DNA from: Psilocybe cubensis
Lineage: Eukaryota
Direction: 5' to 3'
Assembly (NCBI GenBank): GCA_017499595.2
Contig: CM039001.1
Coordinates: 2,914,001-2,978,000, forward strand
Length of the DNA stretch: 64,000 nucleotides
A program made the position numbers and the translations under genes. The notes beneath the pieces are model-generated. The model saw only the letters and a list, made by a program, of their open reading frames with translations. It was not told where the DNA came from and ran no database searches. Positions within the stretch are counted from its first letter, which is position 1; every line of letters starts with the position of its first letter. This document shows, piece after piece, positions 33,679 to 47,500 of the stretch.

Positions 33679-35390
33679 ATGGCTGCGACAACTCTCTTGC
33701 TCTCTCCAACTACACCATCTGACTATTTCCGTATAATCTCTCCAACGTTATCTGTACCAACAGACCCTCAAATATCCACCCCAGTGGGGCTCTTAGCATG
33801 CCAACGTACTGATAACGTGTCATTTTATCCTTGCAGCATGACTAACAGTAAAAGTATACAGGTGACCCACTCCTGCGTACCCTTGAGACCACCGTCGTCA
33901 CGGCATACGTCTCTCAGCCTCCTCCTCCACAAGCATCAGCAGGGAAAAAGACCAAGAAAGCCGTACTCGCCCCGGACCTCCCCAACGAACCTCTGCTGCA
34001 TGTTCTCCTGCACGATACCGTCATATTCCCGGAGGGCGGAGGGCAGCCCACCGACACCGGAATCATCGAGACGACTGCTGATGGGAAGGCCTGGGAGGTC
34101 GTGCAGGCGAAGAGACATGGTGGGCATGCGGTGCACTATGTGAAGCTCCCTACCGGAGTGGACGCAGATGCAGGGTTGCTTGCATTCCAGCCTGGTGCGA
34201 AAGTTACCGTATCTCTGGGGGACAATGGGTACGAGAGACGATATGATCATGTATGTCTCTCTGGATGACTCGACCACGCAGGTAATGCTAATTTACTATG
34301 TGGCTTTTTGTAGATGTCTATGCACACCTCACAGCACCTCCTTTCGGCCCTACTGGAGACGCGCTTGAACTTACCGACACTCTCGTGGTCTCTGACTAGC
34401 TACCCCAGCCCATGCTATGTTGAAGTCCCGCGGGGTATGACACAAGAAGAGATCGCATCTATCCAGGCCGAAGCCAATCGTCTCGTTTTTGAAGGCCGTA
34501 AGGTGCACGTCGAGGTCGAGGAGCTTGATGTGGCACAAGAGCAAGCAAAACCCGTACAAAAGTTAGAGAGCGGGCGAGCGGTGGGTAAAGGACTTCCAGA
34601 GGACTACACGGGGGGAGTCAAACGCGTGGTGATCATTGACGGCGTCGACAAAAATCCGTGAGTGGTCCATACATTCTTTGTTCCATTACCCAACAATTAA
34701 CCACCGTATACATTCTTGCTTTCCAGATGCTGTGGAACGCACCTCCCCACGATTCACAACCTCCAGCTCTTCCTTGTCCCACACACCGAAGCCCTCGCAC
34801 GCTCATCCACCACGACCGCGCGTCTGTACTTCCTCTGCGGCCCGCGCCTCATCGCCCACCTCACATCCACGCACACCCTTCTCGCATCTACCGCGGCAAT
34901 TATGAGCTGCGGCCCTCCCCTCGTACCCGAACGCGTCAGCCAGGTCGTCGACGAGCGCAAAAAGGCGGAGAAACGTGTCTCGGACACCGAGCAGGAGCTT
35001 GCAGAACACATTGCACGGGACCTGGCAACAAAAATCAGCACCTCTGAAGGCTCACCTTTCAAGTTCCATCTGCACCGAACGGATGATACGAGTAATGCGC
35101 TTGGGTTCCTGTCCTCAATTGCATTCGCCCTGACCGCCGCTGCCGAACCTTCCCGACCGTACGTGGTCGTGCTGAGCTCGTCGCCGACTACTCAGACAGC
35201 CAGCTCTGTTTCGACTGTTTTGGTGCTTGGAACCACCGATTCGAGTGTGAAGGCGGCGGGCGACGGGCTGAAATCGAAGCTGGGTGTCAAGGGTGGGGGT
35301 AAAGGTCCTCGATGGAGCGGCAAGTTTACCGGGGTGTGGAAAGCAGGGAAGGAGGATGTCGTGGTGCAAGAGGTCCTTGATAGCATCTGA
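33679..35390 (+). CDS. AlaX-family alanyl-tRNA editing protein (AARSD1/AlaXp-like), multi-exon
   Basis: LHDTVIFPEGGGQPTDTG, HTSQHLLSA (HxxxH) and CCGTH (CxxxH) zinc motifs; C-terminal GVKGGGKG. Confidence 0.9.
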
Positions 35391-35625
35391 AAAGCACTCA
35401 GAAGGATAAAACCAAGGTAAAAAGAATAACAATAGTAAATTATACAGGTTGTTTACAAGGTTGTGCGTGAAGTATGAGGATATGAATATTGGTAAAAGGA
35501 TACAGTGAACGAGCCATTGAGGACTCGTTAATATGGAAAGCTTTCCGCGGAATATCATGTTGTATGCTTGGAGGGTGACCGTGGTGTATCCACAAAATGA
35601 AAGATATGTCCATGATAAAGAAACT

Positions 35626-36697
35626 CTACTTTGGTTGTTCTTGTTCGTTTGCTGTCGAGACAGCAATGTGCCCTCCCTCTTGCTCGTTCTCGAGGGCGTC
35701 ATCGTCCTCGTGCACGGAAACGCTAACCTCCGTTTCCAGCGCTGAGCAGTAGCAGGGCAATAACCACAATTAATTTCACCACCCGAGTAGCAGATCGGCG
35801 GCGGGCCCACGTACCGGCGTTATTACCCTCTCCGTCATCGCCGTCAATAGCAATCTCGCCTTCGGAGGAGGACATCGACGAGGATTCGCCATCCGTGAGT
35901 CCCCACTCGGAGACTCTGTCCTCCTCCTCTTCCGCGTCCTCCATCTCTTCGTCCTCCACACCAATGTCTTCGGCAAGACCGACTGCAGCATCGTTCACTG
36001 ACTCATCTTCCCACATCTCGTCGAAGTCGAGGTCCATCTGCTGGACGGGGAAGTCGCCATCGGTTTCGGCATCGGTGTCGGTGAAGCCGTCAACGTCAAT
36101 GTAAGCATCCTCGTCGTCGTCTTCGAAGTCGTCGGGATTGGGAATGTATTCTCCTCCGTCGGAGGATTCGTCGTCTGATTCGATCGGCTGTCCGATGTCG
36201 AGGAAGGTATGACGGCAGGTAGGGCAGCTTCCGTGCTGGAATAGAAAGGTAGGTGAATAATGATTGAACAGAGCATAGAAAGAGAAGGACGTACCTGACT
36301 ACGTATCCATTCTACTAGACTGTGAGCGGGTTCGTGCCAGCCCGAGATCAGTAGAAGAAAGGTTGGTGACAGATCGAGCACAAAGGACTCACTCTCTGCG
36401 ACAGAAGATGTGCCCACAACCCTCGAGTTTGGTGACTCCTCCCAACTCTGCCTCATCCTTTCCTTCATCCTTCCCTTCAGAGTCCTTCGCCGTCTCCGCT
36501 TCTTGCTCCTCGAATATGCTTGCAAATGGCATCAGACATATCGGGCATGGCTCCTCTAGGACTAGACCCTGAGAGTCTTTCTGCACAGAAGGTAGAGAGG
36601 CGATCATAGCATTAATAGCCCGCGTACGATGCTGCCGGATATTCAGCGCGTCCTGCACAAGCTCGTACGCAGCTACCGCGGTCATATCCATGTTCAT
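35626..36697 (-). CDS. RING-finger protein (probable E3 ligase) with an acidic C-terminus
   Basis: CPICLMPF...CGHIFCRR..LVEWIRSQHGSCPTCR assembled across introns; D/E-rich tail; start codon uncertain. Confidence 0.8.
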
Positions 36698-38072
36698 GTT
36701 TCTCCGCAGACGCGGTGCCGCCGTGTCCCTATTAATAATACAATGAAGAAGCCTCGTTCCTGGCGGTGGAGGACAGCAGACTGTCGTTGGCCGATTATAC
36801 GAGTGCCAAGTCCCCAAGAGCTGGGGAGCGCAGCCGCAGCGGGGGGTGGAGAGACGCTGAGGCGAGTGGTGGGTGGGAGAAGGAACAAACAATTGTTCAA
36901 TTTCAAATGATTCAGCTTTACTTCGATCAACAACGCGTACCGCGCGTTGCTGATTTCTCATCACGTGCGTTGGCATTTTACCCACGAGGACTTCGCGTCG
37001 ACAACAGATGTCGTTTACACGACGTTGAAAAAGAATGGATGGATGAGGTACCTGACCATGATATCCACCACTTGAGAATCAGGGACACTACCAATGAGCT
37101 GGTCATTTAAGTACTGCTGCACGTACTCATCAGCTTCGACAGTTGCTTCCGAAAACGTAAAATTCAACAAGACTATACAGTAAAGACACTGAGAAGTCGT
37201 TTTGTATCTATCATGTGTGGAATCTTCGTGAGACATATAGCTGGCGGACTGGAATCAAGATAGTCTAGACGATTAAAGTGAGGAGAAACTAGAGATGCGA
37301 TGCCTTTTGGCGTACGCGAGTAAAGCAAATTAGAATAACATGGAGTGCATGATAAGAGGAAAGAGAAAATAAGCAAATTTTTCAAGGGCAAGGATATCAA
37401 AAGTATAAACGAATAATAGAAAAACCGAAACTGAGAAGCACAACAAGAGGCTGTTGGCCGTGCATTAAGAATATTAATGCCTGAACTGAGCTATAGAAAT
37501 TGTGTTAGCACGAATGGATGTGTGGACATAATAAACAAACGAACCCATATACTAAGCCTTCAGTGCAATAGGTGGACTGAATTTTCATATCCCGACTAGA
37601 CGGCGAGGCTGCTTTTGAATGCGTGTTTCGTTTGGATGACAGCCTAGTACACCGCAGGAATTATCATCGCAGTGGACTGGGAATATCTGTACGTGTTGGC
37701 AACATGCAAGTTAATCATGGGTTAGGGCGCCGTGTCGAGGAATATAAATTTTGTATTGACTGCGAGTCTTGATTTTCTCTGAATAATAGATAGGTCAATT
37801 GACGTCGTTCCGGATGATAAGAAAACGGAAATAATCAACAGTTCAAGAAGTCGCGCCCCCTAGAATCCGCTTTGCGAATAGCAATGCCAGCGGCTTCAAA
37901 TCATGTTGATCAGGCAGCAACTCTAAAGGATAGAACGGTCAATTTAAAGTGGAACAAAACAATGACGAAAAAATAGTTAACAATGAGGGTATGTTGCGCC
38001 TTGCAAGATAACCTCGACCTTGAATGAATGGCATCAAAACAAAGTTTGATGATGAGGAGGATGAGGACTCAC

Positions 38073-38842
38073 CTCTGATCAACCAATACTCTCTTCGAGC
38101 AGTCCACCCATGCTGGGCACCGCCAGTCGTTTAAGCACGTCACAGAAGATTTTCACGTACCTCGCTAGCAGGGACTCCGCGCTGCTAGGCGAGTCTTACT
38201 AGTCTTTGTGCCACCTCCGGAAAAAGACAGACCGCAACTTGACGAAGGAGCACCCCATCGGGTGCCGGTCTAAGCGCCTTCGCAAGTAGGCCCGCTCCGA
38301 CTAGACCCCCCTTTAAGCTAACTCCCATCCGGTGAGCGCCTAAAGAAGAAATCTAGTACCTCGTCCGTCCAGACCTCCTTGAGAACGTTGCGTCCGAGCA
38401 TGTATCATGGACGTGTGAAGCAACAATTTACCCTTCACTGCCCGGAACAACTGACATCGGAGTACAACGCCTCGCGGCGGAGATCACACGTCTACCTCGC
38501 GCTACCTTGTAGTCGTTAGGCCAGACCGCGGATTGATGGGAGTGCATCGACGAAAGGTGGGAGGCCCAAAGTGTCCTGCTCTATGCCAACACCAAGCGGT
38601 GTGGTCAGGTATTAGGGTTGAAAGATGGAAGAGGATACCTAGTCACCCGCCGCATGCTGTTTGTGCAGGGCGGGTATCAGATTATGTCGCCATCGTCGTC
38701 GCGTGCCTGTAGAAGGGCGGGGTATGTCTATTAGACGCCGAGCGATGTTGAGATGTTAAAAGTGATAGTATGCCGTGAGGAGGTGGCATGTTGACCGCCT
38801 TGGTTGAAGGTATATGATGGTGGTAGGAAACCAAGAAGCGAT
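38073..38842 (-). ncRNA. Structured non-coding RNA candidate, possibly telomerase RNA (copy B)
   Basis: Reverse complement of 31517-32286, core identical by eye; TTAGGGTTG at 38612-38620. Confidence 0.4.
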
Positions 38843-39390
38843 GGGGATTCTGGAGAAAAGAAGGGGGTTTTTATAGAGGATCTGGGTTGTGTGGTGTTTG
38901 TTATCTTTTGTTTTCGTTGTTCTATCGCACGTGTTGTGTGCACCTACACACACACCTCGATGTACGAGCTTCTCGAGTGGCACCTCGGCTATTCTGACAT
39001 TTGGCGGGAAAATCTAGTGATAGATTACATTCGGCGAGGCTGACGATGGGAAATAACAGGAGGAACGAGTGTTTCAGCCGAACGCAAGTTGCAGGGGCTC
39101 CTCATATAATTTCCATAACGGGAATCGCAAGGCAAATGACCTTCCTAATCCGGGTATGATAGATCACCGCAGCAGTGACAGCACCGAATTGCAAGCAGTG
39201 ACTCGACCTTGCATTCACACCGAAGGTTCTGCTTCCAGAGAAAAAGGGATCGATATCGTTCTTGATCTTTTCGTGACTTATCCGCCAATCGATATACGTG
39301 TATAATCTTATTTAGTAATCCCTATCGATGTTGAGCTGGACCATCACCTATGATCTATTAACGGGAGAGTGGAAACATGGAGGTAGAATA

Positions 39391-40433
39391 CTATTGCCCA
39401 AAGTTCGTAGAAAACCCCGAAACAGGGTTGGTGAGCTCTAACCATTCCATCGAGTCATCCATGAACTGTTGCATCAGACCGTCTGCCTCTGAACACACGT
39501 CAGGGAATGTGTAGTCCAGAAAACCAAGGTAAGGATTATCATATGTCAAGGGTAACGGTGTGTCGGAGAGAGGGTATGACGATGGATTTGGAGATAATGG
39601 AGTAGTCATCGATGGTAGATCAGCGTTCAATCCCTGATTGAACCAGGAGTGTGGAAGGGTAGGTAAACATTCAGGCGACGTGTTCTGCGTGTATTGCTGA
39701 TACTCCAGTTGATTGGAGACGTGCTCAATATGGTTGTTGAATGGTGCAAGAGGCTCATATCCATCCGAATAGAATACCTGCGATTCAACATAAGAAACCG
39801 GCGATAAAATTGAACTACTTTTCACAGACCTCGCCAATGTGGTTCCACGAAGTCGACGACGCCTCCGGTGACACCGAACTGGAGGTAGCGCGAGAGACTT
39901 TGCACTTGGGTGCCTTCTTGTTAGTTGCCGTGGTCGTGTTGGGGGAGTAGACGTAGTCAGGGAACATGGCATAGTGTCGCTCTTTTTCGATAGCGGCAAA
40001 TTGCAAGAAAGGTTTCTTCTCTTCAACGGACATGTTTTTCCATATTTCGCCGGCCTGTTTGCTCAATTCGTTCTGCTTCACATCCTTGGACTCATGCATA
40101 TTGTTGATGTACCATGAGCGGAAGAAAATAAAAGCATTACGAGGGCGAGGGATGTGTCCTGGTTCGCGACGACGGCTGCTTGGGCGACGAGGAGGGACGG
40201 AAAAGGACGCATCGATACCACAAGTACCGGAAGAGGCAAGAGAATATTGGGAAAGTGAAGGTATCGCGCCCTCGTGACCCAGCAAGCTCAAGGTAGCATC
40301 ACGGTCTATGATATCATGGTCAGAGAAATAATACATCCGAAAATATCATAGGCGTACCAGCATAAGTGAACGATAGGTCGTCAAAAAATTGTTCAGAGAG
40401 AGAGTTGGGTGTACCACCGAAGGAGAAAGACAT
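39391..40433 (-). CDS. MATA-type HMG-box transcription factor, paralog 3
   Basis: HIPRPRNAFIFFRSWYINNMHESKDVKQNELSKQAGEIWKNMSVEEKKPF; close paralog of 29935-30969 with the same exon structure. Confidence 0.9.
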
Positions 40434-41548
40434 TTTATCAAGTAAATGTGCTCGAGAATATCAGAAGATTTTCTGAATTGCTCAATACGATGTATTGCTG
40501 CCTATACTCCCCCGCCATTTTGTGCACCTTTTGAGCCCAAACCTCCGCAAAATTTGGGTAACCACAGATGTAGCGTTGAATTTTTGCACCTCGCTATAAG
40601 AACAGCGTGTACGCCTCGAGGCATCACTACTCGCTATAATCACATCTGGTAGCCTTTTTTGACCGAGTGAAAATCAGATATCGGTTATCGATGCACACGA
40701 GGGGAGGCGAGTTGGTAGCCGAGGTAGAATAAAGAAAGGTCTGGCCAGAGAGCAATGGAGGCTTTCTTTGAAATTGCACGTGAAGGGTCGCGCTCACATG
40801 CTTTTGTCATTGGCTGTCAAAGGGTATGGATTGAATTGAATACATATAAAGCAACGTAGACATGAGCACAGCGGGTCGTCCAACACAGAAGTAAGAAGAC
40901 GAAGAATGTCTTAAACGATGGGCCTCTTGCGTCTGAGATAAGATTATTTAATTTGTTTGGTTTGCCAGTAGCTAAGGGAGATGAAAGAACATCAACACAA
41001 TACCGAGGTAGGTCGATGTGTGTTGTAGCAGATCATATTCCACCCCAATGCGGTCGTCGTTTGTGTTGGCGGTGCATCGTACATCGGATCATTCTGGACT
41101 TGGTGAACCTGTTCCATTGTGGATGGGTATTAGCTGGGTAATAGCTACACCAACGCTCAAGTCGGTTTGTGCAGGGTGGACGGCCCTACTATCCGCCAAA
41201 TACGAGTTCGTAGTAGTGAATTCCATATCCGGTACGAAAGTTATTCAAGTAAATAGGGCTTCGAATGAGGAAATGTAACGAATGCCATGCTATTCATAGG
41301 ATGCGGTAAGGGGTGAAACTGGAAGAAGTGTAATAGAAAGAGTGATAGCAAATGAAAGGAATTGACGTGTTTTTCGGCAATGTCCGATCAAATTACCTTA
41401 TCCAGTCACTGACGAGCATTAGATTTCCAGGTCACAGTCCTGTGCAATATCCGTTGCAGTCTTAATTCTCTAACTCGGCTTTCTATTGCACAGCTCATCT
41501 GGTTTTCTCAGGACCAGGGATTAATTCGTCTATTTCGTTCTAACCTGG

Positions 41549-44500
41549 ATGGAACAAGACACATCGTCCAAGATTGATTCCTTGCCGCACTCTGATTCAA
41601 ACGCGTCACTCGACAACGTTGAACTCGACGAACCGCGGGCTCCTGAGACTACCTCCGAAAATGAGGACCACATTGTAGAAGATGACACTGAAGCATCTCC
41701 GACTCCAGAATCGACCAATGGGCAGCCGATCGAGCGAGTCGAGCAAGAACCGATAGAAGAACCCATACAAATTAATGGGGACAACGCGATACACACCAAT
41801 GAAAGCGAGCCCGTAGTAGCCCCTCCAATTCCTCCGAAAGTAGAGCAGCCAGTGGAAGGAATCTCTGTACCCAGGGAGTCAACTTCCGAGGTCAAACCCA
41901 CAGAGACGCCAAATGATTCTCGACAGGATTTCCGAGTGCAATCACCGAGTCTGTCCGTCGCGAGCGGTAACCCTCACAAGCGCTCGATGACCATCTCAAA
42001 AGGGCACAACGTATCTATGGTCCTCATAACGAGCGCTTTGGAGACAATAGCTTCATCAAAAGAGGCACGGCGCTCTACTCCGTTACGGGAAAGCACGCAA
42101 AAAGCATTGGATTTGATTCGGTCGAATCAAGGAGGAGATAGACCACGGGAGATCTTCGAACCGTTGAGACTTGCTTGCGAGACTCGGAATGAAAAGCTTA
42201 TGATTGCAAGCTTGGACTGCATCTCAAAATTAATTTCTTATTCATTCTTCACAGAAGATGACCAAGGCTCATACGCTCTCCCTTCACCCCCGCCCTCACC
42301 GAACCCAGCGCGGAATAGATCGTCCGGAGGCTCCCAGGGCGCTACTCCACTTCCTTCTCTTGTCGACCTTGTTGCCAATACCATTACTTCATGTCACACC
42401 GAAACGACCCCGGATTCTGTGTCATTGCAGATCGTTAAGGCGCTTCTGTCTCTAGTTCTATCTCCCAGCATTCTTGTCCACCATTCCTCGCTTCTAAAGG
42501 CTGTACGAACGGTTTACAATATTTTCCTTCTCAGCACCGATCCCGTTAATCAAATGGTTGCTCAAGGTGGTCTTACCCAAATGGTTCATCACGTATTTTC
42601 AAGATGTCGACGCGGGAATGTCAAACAGTCATCATCGGAGACGAACCAGGCGGAATATGCGGGCGGCAGTCAGCTATCTTCAGCTCGGGAATCGTTTGCT
42701 CTTTCTCGTTCCGAGCTCGATACTCGAACTTCCGTTAGCGTAACCACTGAAGGCTCCCATCAATCCAATGGTTCGGCAGAGAAGGTTCCTGGAAATGGCG
42801 TAGAAGATTCAGGGTCTGAAAATAAGGAAGAGCCGCAGCCACCGCTGACGTTGTATGTCTATTTTCGGATTTTATCTAATGTATCTAAATCATATTCCAT
42901 AGACAGAGTTTTGAAGCCAAGGTTCCAATTGACGTCCATCCTGAAGAGGCGCACAGTCATCATCATTTGACTCTCGACGATCTTTTTGTGAAGGATGCAT
43001 TTTTAGTGTTTAGGGCTTTGTGCAAGTTGACAATGAAACCACTTAACACTGAGAGGTGAGTGTCGAAAATTCTAATTATGATATATCTTTACAATATGCA
43101 ACTCTTAGCGAACGGGACCTTAAATCGCATGGCATGCGCTCGAGATTATTGTCGCTACAACTTGTCTTGACCGTTCTCAACTCACACATGCCCCTATTCG
43201 TTGACCCCACCGCCATCATCTATTCAAGTTCAAACAACGAAGCGACTGGCTTTGTTCAGGCAATTAACCAGTATCTCTGTCTTTGTTTGAGTAGAAACGC
43301 CGTTAGCCCCATTCCACAGGTTTTTGAAATCAGTGTTGAGATATTTTGGCGCGTCCTATCAGGAATGCGGACGAAGTTGAAGGCATGCAGTTAGATCTAT
43401 CATTGGTTAATATTCTGACTTTTTGCGTGCAGAAAGAAATCGAGGTTCTTCTGCATGAAATCTTTATTCCGATTTTGGAAATGAAAACATCGACGCTGAA
43501 ACAAAAGGCTGTTATTCTCGGCATGTTGTCAAGGCTATGTCAAGACCCCCAGGCGTTGGTTGAAATGTATCTCAACTACGACTGTGATAGCGAAGCTGCA
43601 GATAACATATATGAACAGTGAGCACCAATATCTGCATTTTTTATGACTTTTTGTTTGACAAAAACTTTCCAGTTTGATGAATATTATTTCCAAGTTCGGT
43701 ACGGCAGCATCACTGGGTCATCCTCAACGAGCACCGGAGCCTCCAAGCCCTGCTTTGAGCCCAACACCAAAAAACCAGGGCAATGCACAGGTTACATGGA
43801 ATGTTAGCGGCCTTACTGTTCCCGGTACAATGGACACATCGACAATGGGGCTTTCTGAGGGCCAGCTACGAAGGCAGGGCCTAGAATGTCTTGTCGCCGT
43901 TCTCAGATCTCTTGTTGCATGGGGAACTTCAGCAAATAAAAGCTCAGACGAAGGCACGGCGCCCCTGTTGTCTGCGAGATCGCATACAGAAGAATCAAAA
44001 CGGGATCCTGTTACACCAGAGGCCAACCCGGAGAGGCTATCTGTCAGTGGTCAAAGCGTAGAGACATTTAGACAAGGCACACCCGACTACGGAGATGATC
44101 CTACTAAATTTGAGAGCGCTAAGCAGAAGAAAACTACACTGTTAGAGGGTATAAAGAAATTCAATTATAAACCCAAGCGCGTACGTTTTGACCTATCTCC
44201 TTTTTTTCTCTCCTCCTGATCCACTATCCACAGGGTGTGCAATTTTTGATCGAGACCGGTTTCATACCTAGCAATTCACCCCAAGATATCGCCAAATTTA
44301 TCCTGAATACTGATGGTCTTAATAAATCAGTCATTGGAGAGTATCTGGGAGAAGGGTGTGTCAATGCATTTACTTGACCCTGCCATCCGACTTACACTTT
44401 TGTCGATAATCTAGAGACGAGGAGAACATTGCTATTATGCACGCCTTCGTTGACTACCTAGAATTCCGGGATATACCTTTCGTTGAGGCTCTTCGCACTT

Positions 44501-47500
44501 TCTTGCAGTCATTCCGTCTACCAGGAGAGTCGCAAAAGATTGATCGATTCATGTTGAAGTTCGCGGAAAGATATATCGCTGGAAATGCCAAGACACCATT
44601 CGCTAGCGCAGGTAAGCTTCTTTTGCGAGATTTAAATTTCTATACTTAAATTTGTTCCAGAATCTGCATATGTTCTTGCATATTCCGTTGTCATGCTGAA
44701 CACGGACGCTCACAATCCACAAATTAAAAAGCGAATGACCAAGGCAGATTTCTTGAAGAACAATCGCGGCATCAACGAAGGAGCTGATCTTCCTGAAGAG
44801 TTTTTGTCCCAAGTATTCGATGATATTGTTAATAACGAAATCAGGATGAAAGACGAGGTCGAAGCAGGTCTCACGATCCAAGCCCCTGGTCCTGGCCTTG
44901 CCAACGCCATCGCCAGTGTAGGACGGGACTTGCAAAAGGAGGCGTATGTCATGCAGTCGAATGGCATGGCGAACAAGACAGAGGCACTTTTCAGGACTAT
45001 GATGCGCACTCAGAGAAAGGGCTCCAAAGGTGGTGATCAATACTTCAGCGCCTCACATTTTGTGCACGTTCGGCCAATGTTCGAAGTTGCCTGGATCCCC
45101 TTCCTCGCAGGACTATCTGGACCTCTCCAAGAAACCGACGATCTAGAAGTAGTGGAGCTGTGTTTGGATGGGTTTAGGAATGCTATTCGTATTGTCTGCT
45201 TCTTTGACCTGGAGCTGCAGCGGAATGCCTTCGTTACGACTCTAGCCAAGTTTACTTTCCTCAATAATTTGGGCGAGATGAAAACGAAGAATATGGAAGC
45301 TATTAAAGCACTTTTGGATGTTGCGGTAACCGAGGGCAATAATCTAAAGGGCTCATGGCATGAAGTACTGACGTGCGTAAGTCAACTTGAACACATGCAA
45401 CTCATTGGGACAGGGGCAGATCTTGTAGAGGGCGGCAAGAAAGGGTGAGTCACCTGGTTCATAACGATAGATACATTGAGCTCAATTGTGCGTTATAGAC
45501 GTTCAAGAAAGGTTCCCACAGAGGAATTGGCAAACGAGAGTCGGTCTACACATATTACGGTAGCAGCGGATATGGTGTTCTCATTGAGTCACTACCTTTC
45601 CGGGGTGCGTTCTCCGTTTCAACTTCAGAACTATAATTCCATAATTTATCGTTTTAACAGACTGCTATCGTTGATTTCGTTCAAGCTCTGTGTGATGTTT
45701 CATGGGAAGAAATTCAATCATCAGGCCTTTCGCAACACCCTCGATTATTCAGTTTACAGAAGCTGGTCGATATATCCTACTACAACATGACACGTATCCG
45801 TCTTGAGTGGTCGAATCTGTGGGATATTTTAGGGGAACATTTCAATCTGGTGAGACCAAATCCTTCATGGTCTGAACTAGAAATACTCAGTCTGTATTAA
45901 TGCAGGTTTGTTGTCACAACAATCCTCATGTTGCAAGTTTTGCCCTCGACTCCCTGCGCCAACTGGCTATGCGATTTTTGGAAAAGGAGGAATTGCCTCA
46001 CTTCAAGTTCCAAAAGGACTTTTTGAAACCATTTGAATACACCATGACACACAATCAGAATCCCGACATACGCGACCTTGTAATGAAACTTTCTTCTCAA
46101 ATGATGCATTATCTTATATATCCCTTCCCAGGTGCTTCAATGTCTCCAACAAATGATTCAAGCTAGGTCACAAAATCTGAGATCTGGTTGGAGGACAATG
46201 TTTGGAGTGTTTTCTGCAGCGTCAAAAGTTCTGACTGGTGCGTGTCACGATCTTTCGTTTATTGCTTTGGCTTACCTGTTGCGGAATAGAACGAGTTGCC
46301 AACTCCGCCTTCGAAATCATTACCAGGATAAACAAGGATCATTTCAATGCCATTGTACAATATGGCGCCTTTGCTGATCTGACAGTATGCATTACTGAAT
46401 TCTGCAAAGTTAGCAAATACCAAAAGATCAGCTTGTTGGCCATTGCAATGCTGCGTGGGGTCATCCCAGTGATGCTCCAGTCACCAGTCTGTGCATTAAA
46501 TACTGAAGTTGCTGCTCCTGACCAACCAATGGACGACACGATGATCAAGTTCTGGTTCCCGGTCCTCTTTGGTTTCTATGATATCATCATGAATGGCGAA
46601 GACCTCGAAGTTAGGCGACTGTATGCGTTTTTTTTTGCCTTCACTGGTTTCCTTTGTTAACTTTAGTATTCAGAGCTTTGGATTCTTTGTTCTCGACACT
46701 GAAAACGTATGGTGCTACCTATCCTGTCGAATTTTGGGATACCGTCTGTCAAGAGCTTCTCTTCCCAATATTTGCTGTTTTGAAGTCAAGTCAAGACCTT
46801 TCACGTTTCAGTACTCAGGAAGACATGAGTGTTTGGCTGTCGACCACTATGATACAAGCACTCCGGGACCTGATCGACTTGTATACATTCTACTTTGATA
46901 TCTTAGAACGATTTTTGGATGGTTTGCTGGATTTGCTGTGCGTGTGCATTTGTCAAGGTTCGTTGCATTTATATCCCCCTTATATGTTCCATATTGATAA
47001 GTCGTAGAAAATGACACGCTTGCAAGGATCGGAACATCGTGTCTTCAGCAGTTGTTAGAGAACAATGTAAAGAAGCTAAGTCCTGCTCGCTGGGAGCGAA
47101 TCACCGCCACCTTTGTCCGACTCTTCAGAACTACAACGCCGCATCAACTTTTCGATGAAAGCCTGCGCGTTGAGATCGACAGCTCTTCAGAAGCTGTTGC
47201 TGCTGATTCAGGTATGTAAATTTTCATTTGATATAAATTAACACGTCTAATACTTCGAACATTCACCAGAATCCAATGGCGTGGCTATACTTCCCGCCCC
47301 TTTGTCTCCAAATAATGAGACACCAAAAGTAGACGTTCGAGCGTCTCTGACCGATCGCCGCAGGATCTTCAAGCAGATCATCGTGAAATGTGTTTTGCAG
47401 TTGCTTCTAATCGAAACGACAAACGATCTGCTACGCAATGACGACGTGTACAATACTATTCCTCCCACACAACTTCTTCGTATGATGAGTGTCCTGGATC

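Larger units (their letters stand above)
37180..40706 (-). repeat. Right arm of the inverted segmental duplication
   Basis: Reverse complement of ~29663-33170. Confidence 0.9.

Noticed and set aside
21302-40433. Mating-type locus
   Set aside because: Agaricomycete MAT loci encode HD1/HD2 homeodomain proteins or pheromones and STE3 receptors; none of these, nor MIP1, is visible here
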